From Planctomycetaceae bacterium (lineage in GTDB: Bacteria; Planctomycetota; Phycisphaerae; Phycisphaerales; UBA1924): a DNA stretch of 64,000 nucleotides. The DNA lies in the NCBI GenBank assembly GCA_027487735.1, contig JAIYDA010000130.1, forward strand, positions 1,930 through 65,929, given 5' to 3'. The translations under genes were made by a program, and so were the position numbers. Numbering within the stretch: position 1 is the stretch's first letter; each line of letters opens with the position of its first letter. Below, one piece after another: positions 8,826 to 17,368 of the stretch. The notes beneath the pieces are model-generated. The model had not been told where the DNA came from. It saw nothing but the letters and a program-made list of their open reading frames with translations, and ran no database searches.

Positions 8826-8886
8826 GTATGCGCTTGTGATTTGTGGCGATTGTGCGGCGTATGCGCTGGTATGCGCGGGTATGCGC
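8826..8886 (+). repeat. Iteron-like GTATGCGC repeats: one copy at 8826, then three copies phased at 10 bp (8859, 8869, 8879)
   Basis: Read directly from cgcGTATGCGCttg...ggcGTATGCGCtgGTATGCGCggGTATGCGCtac. The repeats lie 40-100 nt upstream of the first island HTH gene, in the divergent gap between hsdR and the integration module. Confidence 0.6.
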
Positions 8887-8954
8887 TACTCGTTTCTGGA
8901 TACTCCTGGCCGGCGAAAGGACGCGCTATGCGGCTGCCCACGGAAGTGTTCAAG

Positions 8955-9155
8955 ATGGCACAAGGAATGGAACTGTTGACGAGTCGAGAGTTGGCGAAGC
9001 ACCTTCGGGTGAAGCCCGAGACTGTGCGAGACTGGGCGCGGCGCGGGCGAATCCCCGTGCTGCGGCTTTCGCCAAAAGTGATCCGCTACAACGCCGACGC
9101 TGTAATCGCGGCGCTGTTGGCCACGCCAGTGGAGGGGGTGTCACATGGCAAGTGA
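8955..9155 (+). CDS. Excisionase/AlpA-type helix-turn-helix DNA-binding protein
   Basis: MAQGMELLTSRELAKHLRVKPETVRDWARRGRIPVLRLSPKVIRYNADAVIAAL. Alternative ATG starts lie at 8928 and 8967. The 8739 start in the ORF track is unlikely. Confidence 0.7.
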   Translation: MAQGMELLTSRELAKHLRVKPETVRDWARRGRIPVLRLSPKVIRYNADAVIAALLATPVEGVSHGK

Positions 9156-9390
9156 TGCAAGCACCTCAGCGACGACGGCCCCGTTGTTGATTGACGCCAA
9201 GGAGACGTGCGCCCTGCTGTGCCTTGGCGAACGGCGTGTTTGGGAGCTGTCGAACTGTCGCGCCATCCCGTCATTCAAGATCGGCAAGTCGCGTCGGTAC
9301 TGCCCGGATGAACTGCGAGCGTGGATTCGTGCCGGATGCCCCACCGAACCTGGCGCGGGCGATCGACTTCGGAAGGCGGTGCGCCCATGA
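9145..9390 (+). CDS. Second excisionase-family HTH DNA-binding protein
   Basis: LLIDAKETCALLCLGERRVWELSNCRAIPSFKIGKSRRYCPDELRAWI. It overlaps the previous gene by 11 nt and the next by ATGA. Confidence 0.7.
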   Translation: MASDASTSATTAPLLIDAKETCALLCLGERRVWELSNCRAIPSFKIGKSRRYCPDELRAWIRAGCPTEPGAGDRLRKAVRP

Positions 9391-11951
9391 CCCTGACGCG
9401 GAACCACGCGACCACCGCATCTAGGCCTGAAGGGTGGTGCGGCATGAGCGACCCCGTACAACGAATCCTCACAGCCCTCCGCGACCACGGCCACGAACCC
9501 CGCAAGGCGGGCGCGGGCTGGACTTGCAACTGTCCGGCCCACGATGATCGCGCCCCTTCCCTTTCAATCCGAGAGGGCGACGACGGCCGCGCGTTGGTGC
9601 ATTGCCACGCCGGTTGCACCGTCGATGCGGTGTGCGACGCGCTCGCGCTGCGACCCTCCGACCTGTTCGCACGCGACCCGAGTGGGCGGAACGGACACGC
9701 ACCCAAGTCGCGGCGACGTGGCGACGGCGACGAAACTACACGCAAGCCCGCGCGCGGCGGGGATTCTGTCACCGTCGCCAGTGACGCCACGGACGGGCGT
9801 ACGTTCCGCACGGCCCGCGAAGCCGTCGCCGAGTTGGAGCGGCGACACGGCCCACGATCGACATACTGGACCTATCACAACGCGGCGGGCGAGCCCGTGG
9901 GGCTGGCGGTGCGATGGAACACGCCCACCGGGAAAGAAATGCGCCCGGTGTCGCGGAAGGCGGACGGGTCGCGCTGGTACATCGGCGGGATGCCCACACC
10001 CCGACCGCTGTACGCGCTGCCCGAAGTGCTAGCGACGCCACCGGGAGGGCGAGTGTGGGTGTGCGAGGGCGAGAAGGCGGCGGACGCGGCCCGAGCAATC
10101 GGACTGCTGGCAACAACAAGCCCGCACGGCGCGAAGTCGGCAGCGAAGGCGGATTGGTCGCCGTTGGCTGGGCGCGAGGTTGTGATCCTGCCCGACCATG
10201 ACGACGCAGGCGAGGCGTACGCCGACGACGTGGCGCGGCTGGCGACAGCTGCGGGCGCGAGGTCGGTGAGGGTGGTTCGGCTGGTACAACTATGGGCAGA
10301 GATGCCCGAAGGGGGCGATATGGCGGACCTGCTTGAGCATCGCGGCGGGGAAGTGGACGGGACACGCGCGGCACTTGAGGCCCTCATCGACGCCTCCGAG
10401 GCGCGCAGTGTGGAGCCCGAGGCGAGAGAGGTTCCAGCGTTCAAACCCTTCCCGGTTGAGGTACTGCCCGAGCCGCTGCGCGCGTTCGTTATCCAGGCGG
10501 CAGATGCGATCGGGTGTGATGCGTCATTCGTGGCGTTGCCCCTGCTGTCTGGGCTCGCATCATCGATCGGGAACACCCACCGCATCGAGTTGAAGCGCGG
10601 ATGGACCGAGCCCGCGATCGTTTGGGCGGCGATTGTGGGCGAGAGCGGTACATCGAAGTCGCCCGCGATGGAGCTGGCCCTTCGTGCGATTCGCAAGCGG
10701 CAAGGCGCGGCGATGAAGGAACACGCCGAAGCGATGAAGCAGTACGAGGGTGCGCTCGCCCTGTACGAACGCGACTCGGGGAACTGGAAGAAGTCCAAGT
10801 CAAAAGAGCCCCCACCCGCGAAGCCCGACGCCCCGATCGCGGATCGGTGTTGGACCGACGACGCGACCACCGAAGCCCTTGCAGTTTTGCTGCAACAAAG
10901 CCCGCGCGGATTGCTCATGGTGCGCGATGAACTCGCCGGGTGGTTCAACTTCGACCGCTATGCGGGCGGCAAGGGCGGCGGCGACGCCGCGAAGTGGTTG
11001 GAGATGTTCGGCGGTCGCGAAATGGTGGTGGATCGCAAAGGGGGCGGCATGCTCTACGTGCCCCGCGCGGCAGTATCGATCGCAGGCGGTATCCAACCGG
11101 CGACGCTCCGGCGCGCGCTGGGGCAGGAACACCGCGACAACGGACTCGCGGCTCGGCTGCTGCTGGCCCATCCCCCCCGCAAGCCCAAGAAATGGACCGA
11201 AGCCGACATACAGCCCCACACAGAAGCTGCGCTGGCGGCGGTGTTCGATCGGCTCTTCGGACTGACGATGGAAACTGGCGACGAAGGCGACGAACGGCCC
11301 CGAGTCGTGACGCTCGCCGACGATGGAAAGTGGGCGTGGGTGCGGTTCTATAACGAACACGCGGGCGAGCAGGCGACCCTGTCGGGCGACGAGGCGGCAG
11401 CGTGGTCGAAGCTCGAGGGGTATGCGGCGCGGATTGCGTTGGTGGTTCACCTCACCCGCTGCGCAGCTGGCGATCCCACGATCGACGATCGGACCAAGGT
11501 TGACGCGTCGAGCGTCTCGGCAGGCGTCGTGCTAGCCCGATGGTTTGGTGACGAGGCCCGACGCGTCTACGCGATGCTTGGCGAGTCGGACGAAGAGCGG
11601 GCATTGCGCGAGCTGGTGGATTGGATCAGGCGCAAGGGCGGCACCGTGAGCGTGCGCGATCTGACGCGTGGACCGCGCGAGTATCGCAACGCTGAAAAGG
11701 CGAAGAAGGCACTCGGAGAACTGGTGACGCTGGGCGAGGGGCGGTGGGAAATCGATACCCACGCTGGCGGACGCGGGCGTCCTGTGGATCGGTTCCGGCT
11801 TGTCCAGCGTGGTGACACTGGTGACGGTGACACAAATGGAGGAAATGCGGCCGAGTATGGTATTTCTGTCGCCGTCACCACCGACGCCGATCGCAAGATG
11901 ACCACCGGCGCACGGGGAACTTTCGGGGATTGGCGCGCGGTGAATCGATGA
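9387..11951 (+). CDS. Island primase/replication protein: zinc-binding N-terminus, Toprim domain, DUF3987-like C-terminal domain
   Basis: Zn motif is CNCPAHDDRAPSLSI...VHCHAGC. Toprim is VWVCEGEKAADA...ILPDHDDAGEAYA. The DUF3987-like region is AAIVGESGTSKSPA...CWTDDATTEALAVLL...VRDELAGWF. I chose the ATG at 9387 (ATGA overlap with the upstream stop) over the track start at 9321. Confidence 0.75.
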   Translation: MTLTRNHATTASRPEGWCGMSDPVQRILTALRDHGHEPRKAGAGWTCNCPAHDDRAPSLSIREGDDGRALVHCHAGCTVDAVCDALALRPSDLFARDPSGRNGHAPKSRRRGDGDETTRKPARGGDSVTVASDATDGRTFRTAREAVAELERRHGPRSTYWTYHNAAGEPVGLAVRWNTPTGKEMRPVSRKADGSRWYIGGMPTPRPLYALPEVLATPPGGRVWVCEGEKAADAARAIGLLATTSPHGAKSAAKADWSPLAGREVVILPDHDDAGEAYADDVARLATAAGARSVRVVRLVQLWAEMPEGGDMADLLEHRGGEVDGTRAALEALIDASEARSVEPEAREVPAFKPFPVEVLPEPLRAFVIQAADAIGCDASFVALPLLSGLASSIGNTHRIELKRGWTEPAIVWAAIVGESGTSKSPAMELALRAIRKRQGAAMKEHAEAMKQYEGALALYERDSGNWKKSKSKEPPPAKPDAPIADRCWTDDATTEALAVLLQQSPRGLLMVRDELAGWFNFDRYAGGKGGGDAAKWLEMFGGREMVVDRKGGGMLYVPRAAVSIAGGIQPATLRRALGQEHRDNGLAARLLLAHPPRKPKKWTEADIQPHTEAALAAVFDRLFGLTMETGDEGDERPRVVTLADDGKWAWVRFYNEHAGEQATLSGDEAAAWSKLEGYAARIALVVHLTRCAAGDPTIDDRTKVDASSVSAGVVLARWFGDEARRVYAMLGESDEERALRELVDWIRRKGGTVSVRDLTRGPREYRNAEKAKKALGELVTLGEGRWEIDTHAGGRGRPVDRFRLVQRGDTGDGDTNGGNAAEYGISVAVTTDADRKMTTGARGTFGDWRAVNR

Positions 11952-12208
11952 TGGGAACGCTTGCACAATCCGAAGTAATGGGGTACAGTATGAGTATGGG
12001 AAGCATCACGGGAACACTTCGAAGGGCCTTGGAGCAGTGCGGGCAAACCCGCTATGCGGTCAGCAAGGCGACGGGGATACCCGAATCCACGTTGTCGCGG
12101 TTCGTGGCGGGTGGAAAGCCCTTACGGGGCGAAAACATGGACAAACTGGCGGACTACCTGGGGCTGGTGTTGGTGGCAAAGGCGGGCAAAGCTCGAAAGG
12201 ACCGGTGA
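11948..12208 (+). CDS. Small XRE-like HTH protein
   Basis: RYAVSKATGIPESTLSRFVAGGKPL. The ATG at 11948 overlaps the primase stop. Later in-frame ATGs are also possible starts. Confidence 0.55.
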   Translation: MMGTLAQSEVMGYSMSMGSITGTLRRALEQCGQTRYAVSKATGIPESTLSRFVAGGKPLRGENMDKLADYLGLVLVAKAGKARKDR

Positions 12209-12211
12209 GAC

Positions 12212-13738
<1,527 letters not shown>

Positions 13739-13858
13739 GGATGGACTGGGATGGGCCGGGCGGATGGTGGCCGACCGGGGGGCTGGCGGGGCTTTTTGGG
13801 GGCCCTGCGAGCTGGGAGGGATGATAGGCGGGGGCTGGCGGGGGGGAAAGTGGGGGGC

Positions 13859-13905
13859 AAAAAAGCAGAACCAAGGCGATGGGTTTTACACCCTTCGCCT
13901 TGGTT
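13859..13905 (-). terminator. Intrinsic-terminator-like hairpin on the minus strand
   Basis: A perfect 11-bp stem aaccaaggcga (13869-13879) / tcgccttggtt (13895-13905) with a 15-nt loop. On the minus strand it is followed by ctgc then TTTTTT (plus-strand A6 at 13859-13864). Confidence 0.5.
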
Positions 13906-14235
13906 TGCCTTTGTGCTGGCGCACTCTCACTTGGTGCATGCGGCGGCTTCGTCTGGCTTCGCTGGGGCGAAGCAGACCATCACGCGGGCACGTTCGTGGC
14001 GAGGCGGCGTGGCTGCTTGCGCAGCCGCGACGCACCGCGGGCCTGGCTTTGTGTGCGGTGCGGCTCGAGCTCGGCGCGGGAAGCCGCACGGGCGCGGACG
14101 GCGGGGAGAGCTAACCATCCCAAGTGCCTTTCCGTCGTTGCCCGCGATGCCGCGAAGAGCGCGAGACGCGGCAGGGGCCGGGCCTCGGAGGAGGGCGGGG
14201 AAGTGCCACGGCGCGCGCGCGCGGTGGGAAGAGAG

Positions 14236-14275
14236 AGTGGCAAAGTGGCGAAGTGGCAAAGTGGCAGAGTGGGGG
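14236..14275 (+). repeat. 8-mer tandem array AGTGGCAA/AGTGGCGA/AGTGGCAA/AGTGGCAG/AGTGGGGG
   Basis: Read directly; it lies in the ORF-free region downstream of the TPR-like gene. Confidence 0.7.
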
Positions 14276-14291
14276 AAATGCGTCGGAAATT

Positions 14292-14332
14292 GGGGGGTTT
14301 TGGGGGTGGGGTGGGGAGGGGGTGGGCGTGGG
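14292..14332 (+). other. Dense G-run cluster (potential G-quadruplex motif)
   Basis: ggggggttttgggggtggggtggggagggggtgggcgtggg has more than four G3+ tracts with 1-4 nt loops. This is a sequence pattern only. Confidence 0.4.
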
Positions 14333-14428
14333 AGAAGAATTTTTTTGGTCACGGTGTGCGCGCGGGTTTTGGGGCCGCGGTGTGCGCGCGCGGGGGGGCG
14401 GTGTGGGTGGGGGTGGGCGCGGAGACGA

Positions 14429-14492
14429 GGGGACAGGCGGGACGCCTATCCCACCGGGGAGGGGACAGGCGGGACGCCTGTTCCACCGGGGA
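14429..14492 (-). repeat. Two tandem 32-nt units, each with an ACAGGCG-N3-CGCCTGT hairpin, just 3' of the TPR-like gene stop
   Basis: ggggacaggcgggacgcctatcccaccgggga followed by ggggacaggcgggacgcctgttccaccgggga. The gene stop (TAG) is at 14517-14515. Likely terminator or REP-like. Confidence 0.5.
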
Positions 14493-14514
14493 GGGCAGAG
14501 GAGAGACGCGTGTG

Positions 14515-17214
14515 CTACTTGGGCGGGGCGGCTTCGAGGGCGGCGGCTTCGGCTTCGGTTTTGGCGATCCAGTTTTGGCGGGCTTGCCACTGGGAGCCTG
14601 GGGTGTCTTGGGTGAAGACCTCGCAGGCGGCACGCATGGCGGCGGCGGCGGAGCGGAGGTGGGTTGCGTTGGATGTTGCATTGCCGAGATCGCGGAGGGC
14701 GAGGGCGATGTTGCTTTGCGTCAAGGCTCGGTCTTGCGGCAGGGCGGTGCGGGTATACACCTGCAGCGCGAGGCGATACGCAGCGACCGCCTCGGCGAGC
14801 GAGCGTGCGCGGTCGGAGCCTTCCCTGGCCGCGGCTTGGTCACGGAGGGCGTTGGCAAGGTTGTTCTGCGTGCGTGCCCAGTCTTGCGGGAGGGTGGCGC
14901 GGGTGTGCACCTCCAGCGCGAGTTGGCAGGCAGCGACCGCCTCCGCGAGCAGGCGTGCGCGGTCGGTGCCTTCGCTCGCAGCGGCTTGGTCGCGGAGGGC
15001 AATGGCAAGGTTGTTCTGCGTCATGGCCCAGCTTTGCGCGAGGGCGGTGCGGGTGCGCACCTCCAGCGCGAGGCGGCAGGCAGCGACCGCGTCTGCGAGC
15101 AGGCGTGCGCGTTCGGTGCCTTTGCTGGCGCTGGCTTGGTCGCGAAGGGCATTGGCAAGGTTGTTCTGCGTGGCTGCCCAGTCCTGCGGGAGGGCGGTGC
15201 GGGTGTACACCTCCAGCGCGCGGCGGTAGGCAGCGACCGCCTCTGCGAGCAGGCGTGCGCGGTCGGGGCCTTCCCTGGCCGCAGCTTGGTTGCGGAGGGC
15301 AGCGGCAAGGTTGTTCTGCGTGGCTGCCCAGCTTTGCGGGAGGGCGGAGCGGGTACGAACCTCGAGCGCGAGGCGAAGGGCAGCGACCGCCTCGTCGAGC
15401 AAGAGTATGCGGTCGGGGCCTTCACTGGCGGCGGCTTGGTCGCGGAGGGCAGCGGCAAGGTTGTTCTGCGTCATTGCCCAATCATGCGGGAGGGCGGTGC
15501 GGGTGTACACCTGCAGCGCGAGGCGATACGCAGCGACCGCCTCGGCGAGCGAGCGTGCGCGGTCGGCGCCTTCGGTGCCAGCGGCTTGAGCGCTGAGGGC
15601 AACGGCAAGGTTGTTCTGCGTCATGGCCCAGTCTTGCGGGAGGGCGGTGTGGGTGAAAACCTCTAGCGCGAGGCGGAAGGCAACGACCGCCTCGGCGAGC
15701 AATCGTGCACGGTCGGCGCCTTCGGTGGCGGCGGCTTGGTCGCGGAGGGCATTGCCAAGGTTGTTCTGCGTGGCTGCCCAGCTTTGCGGGAGGGCGGAGC
15801 GGGTACGAACCTCGAGCGCGAGGCGGAAGGCAGTAACCGCCTCTGCGAGCAAGCCTGCGCGGTCGGCGCCTTCGCTGACGGCGGCGTGGTTGCAGAGGGC
15901 AATGGCAAGGTTGTTCTGCGTGCCTGCCCAGTCTTGCGGGAGGAAAGTGCGGGTGTAGAACGCGAGCACTTCGCGATAGAGGTCGATCGCTCGGGCTCTG
16001 CGCTTGGTGATGGGGGCACCTTCGCTGGTGCTTGCCCATTCGCTCAGTGTGTCCGCGAGCCATGACGTGGCATTGGCGTAGGAGACTGGTGCGGCGTCCT
16101 TGGGTGCGAGGGCGCGGGCTTGTTCGAAGGCGGTGGCGGCTTGCTCGAAGCTGCGCTGGGCGTGCAGGGAGCGGCCTTGGAGCATGCGGGCTTCGCGCTC
16201 GGCGGTGGTGGCGGCTTCGAGCTCGGCTTGCATCGTGGTGACCACTTGCTGCGCGGCGAGGCGTTTTTGTTGGGCTTGTTCGGCGGCGGCGCCAGCGTTC
16301 GTGGCGGCGCTCGCGAAGTTTTTGTCGGCGAAGTCGGCGAGGGCTTTATCAAGAAAAGCTGCGGCGGGGTCGGCGCGGATGGCGGCGATGAAGCTGGTGA
16401 TGCCGGTGCGGAGCGTGTCTTGGGAGATGCCAAACTCGGTGGCGACGTGCTCGATGGCTTTGTCTTGGATTTGTGCGGGCGTGAGCGGGGGTGTTGCGTG
16501 CAGATTGGCGGATCGCTGGCTTTCGAGCTTGCCGTAGGCCTCGACGACGAACTCGGTCATTTTTCGCTGCTGGCGCAATGCTTCTTCGGCAGTGTCGCAC
16601 TTTGCTTGCAAGAGCTCTCTGTCCTTCTTGGCTTGGGCTCGCACGCGGCGGAGCTTTTGCTGCACGAGGTGCAACTCCTCGCGGATGGCGTTGACCCTCT
16701 CTTGCAGTGCTAGGACGCGCTCTTTGAGTGAGGCGTGGGTTGCAACGGGCTCAAAGATGTGGTCCGTGCCCATGAGGGCTGCGCGGTGGGCGTGTTGGAG
16801 GGCACGTTTGTCGGCGGGTTCGGCGGGCTCCCGCGAGCCGTCGGGCAGGGTGCGTGGGGGGTCGTAGGGAAAGTTGTCGGCGCAGATGAAGACGTAGACG
16901 GGGAGACCGAGTTGCTTGGCGATGTCGAACTCGAGCTGGGTGTAGCTGCGGCGTGGGTCGGTCTCGGCGCGCTGGGTGGGTTCGAAGCCGTAGGCCTCGC
17001 CCACGATGTGGATGACGGCGCGGCATTCGCCGATTGTTTTGGTGAGCATTTCGCGCACGGTGGCGGCGCTGGGTGGGAAGTCTGTCTGCTCGACGGAGAT
17101 GCAGCCGAGCTTTCTGAGTGCGTCGCTGGCGATCTGGCGGCAGGAGCGAAGGTCGCGCGAGGTGGCGCTGATGAAGATTTTGGGGGAGATGTCGGGCGGG
17201 GCGGGGGGAGCCAT
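14515..17214 (-). CDS. DUF4062/TIR-like N-terminal domain, coiled coil, and ~9 x 50-residue TPR-like repeats
   Basis: N-terminus is KIFISATSRDLRSCRQIASDALRKLGCISVEQTDF...VIHIVGEAYG...YTQLEFDIAKQLGLPVYVFI. The coiled coil is RVNAIREELHLVQQKLRRVRAQAKKDRELLQAK. Repeated units have the form ALPQDWAxTQNNLAxALRDQAAAxEGxDRARLLAEAVAAYRLALEVxTRT. No NTPase motif is present. Confidence 0.8.
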   Translation of the reverse strand: MAPPAPPDISPKIFISATSRDLRSCRQIASDALRKLGCISVEQTDFPPSAATVREMLTKTIGECRAVIHIVGEAYGFEPTQRAETDPRRSYTQLEFDIAKQLGLPVYVFICADNFPYDPPRTLPDGSREPAEPADKRALQHAHRAALMGTDHIFEPVATHASLKERVLALQERVNAIREELHLVQQKLRRVRAQAKKDRELLQAKCDTAEEALRQQRKMTEFVVEAYGKLESQRSANLHATPPLTPAQIQDKAIEHVATEFGISQDTLRTGITSFIAAIRADPAAAFLDKALADFADKNFASAATNAGAAAEQAQQKRLAAQQVVTTMQAELEAATTAEREARMLQGRSLHAQRSFEQAATAFEQARALAPKDAAPVSYANATSWLADTLSEWASTSEGAPITKRRARAIDLYREVLAFYTRTFLPQDWAGTQNNLAIALCNHAAVSEGADRAGLLAEAVTAFRLALEVRTRSALPQSWAATQNNLGNALRDQAAATEGADRARLLAEAVVAFRLALEVFTHTALPQDWAMTQNNLAVALSAQAAGTEGADRARSLAEAVAAYRLALQVYTRTALPHDWAMTQNNLAAALRDQAAASEGPDRILLLDEAVAALRLALEVRTRSALPQSWAATQNNLAAALRNQAAAREGPDRARLLAEAVAAYRRALEVYTRTALPQDWAATQNNLANALRDQASASKGTERARLLADAVAACRLALEVRTRTALAQSWAMTQNNLAIALRDQAAASEGTDRARLLAEAVAACQLALEVHTRATLPQDWARTQNNLANALRDQAAAREGSDRARSLAEAVAAYRLALQVYTRTALPQDRALTQSNIALALRDLGNATSNATHLRSAAAAMRAACEVFTQDTPGSQWQARQNWIAKTEAEAAALEAAPPK
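14690..16040 (-). repeat. About nine tandem 150-bp coding repeats (the TPR-like units)
   Basis: The anchor ggcaaggttgttctgcgt (or a variant) recurs at 14704, 14854, 15004, 15154, 15304, 15454, 15604, 15754 and 15904, exactly 150 bp apart. Confidence 0.85.
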
Positions 17215-17257
17215 GCGCGGGGGCCTTTCTTGGGGGGAGGGTAGAGGGGAGATGTTT

Positions 17258-17330
17258 CAAATTTGCAAATGGGCAAATCATCAAATGGGCAAATGGGCAG
17301 AGGGGGAGAGGGGCAAGTGGGTGGGGCGGA
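17258..17330 (+). repeat. Short-period array (GGGCAAAT-type 7-8-mers running into G-runs) in a divergent promoter gap
   Basis: caaatttgcaaatgggcaaatcatcaaatgggcaaatgggcagagggggagaggggcaagtgggtggggcgg, lying between the TPR-like gene start (17214) and the CNNM start (17369). Confidence 0.7.
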
Positions 17331-17368
17331 AGCGAGGGGGAGAGAAGGTGGGGGTGGTTCAAACTACT

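Noticed and set aside
8434-8953. Small ORFs in the hsdR/HTH divergent gap (8434..8622, 8570..8839, 8654..8953)
   Set aside because: They lack ribosome-binding context and have implausible compositions, and they overlap each other. The region is better explained as promoters plus the GTATGCGC repeats.
9321-9386. Track start of the primase ORF at 9321
   Set aside because: It would overlap the preceding HTH gene by 70 nt with an Arg-rich peptide. The ATG at 9387 forms an ATGA junction with that gene's stop.
13739-14514. Possible RNase P RNA, tmRNA, SRP RNA or 6S RNA in the ORF-free region
   Set aside because: I looked on both strands for the conserved RNase P GGAAAGUCCGG and ACAGAA..GGCUUA boxes, a tmRNA tRNA-like 3' end with CCA, and the SRP GGAAGCAGCCAAGG motif. 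Only a weak aagcagaaccaaggcga resemblance turned up, and that forms part of the terminator stem. No call is made.
13751-15666. Plus-strand ORFs of 492, 595 and 310 aa across 13751-15666
   Set aside because: They are antisense to the 150-bp repeats of the TPR-like gene, and their own periodicity simply mirrors that repeat. The composition is Arg/Gly/Ala-rich with no start context.
14690-16040. Regular 150-bp repeat array considered as a CRISPR or satellite
   Set aside because: There is no repeat/unique-spacer alternation. The whole unit is repeated, in frame, inside a long ORF with clear helical-repeat protein sequence.
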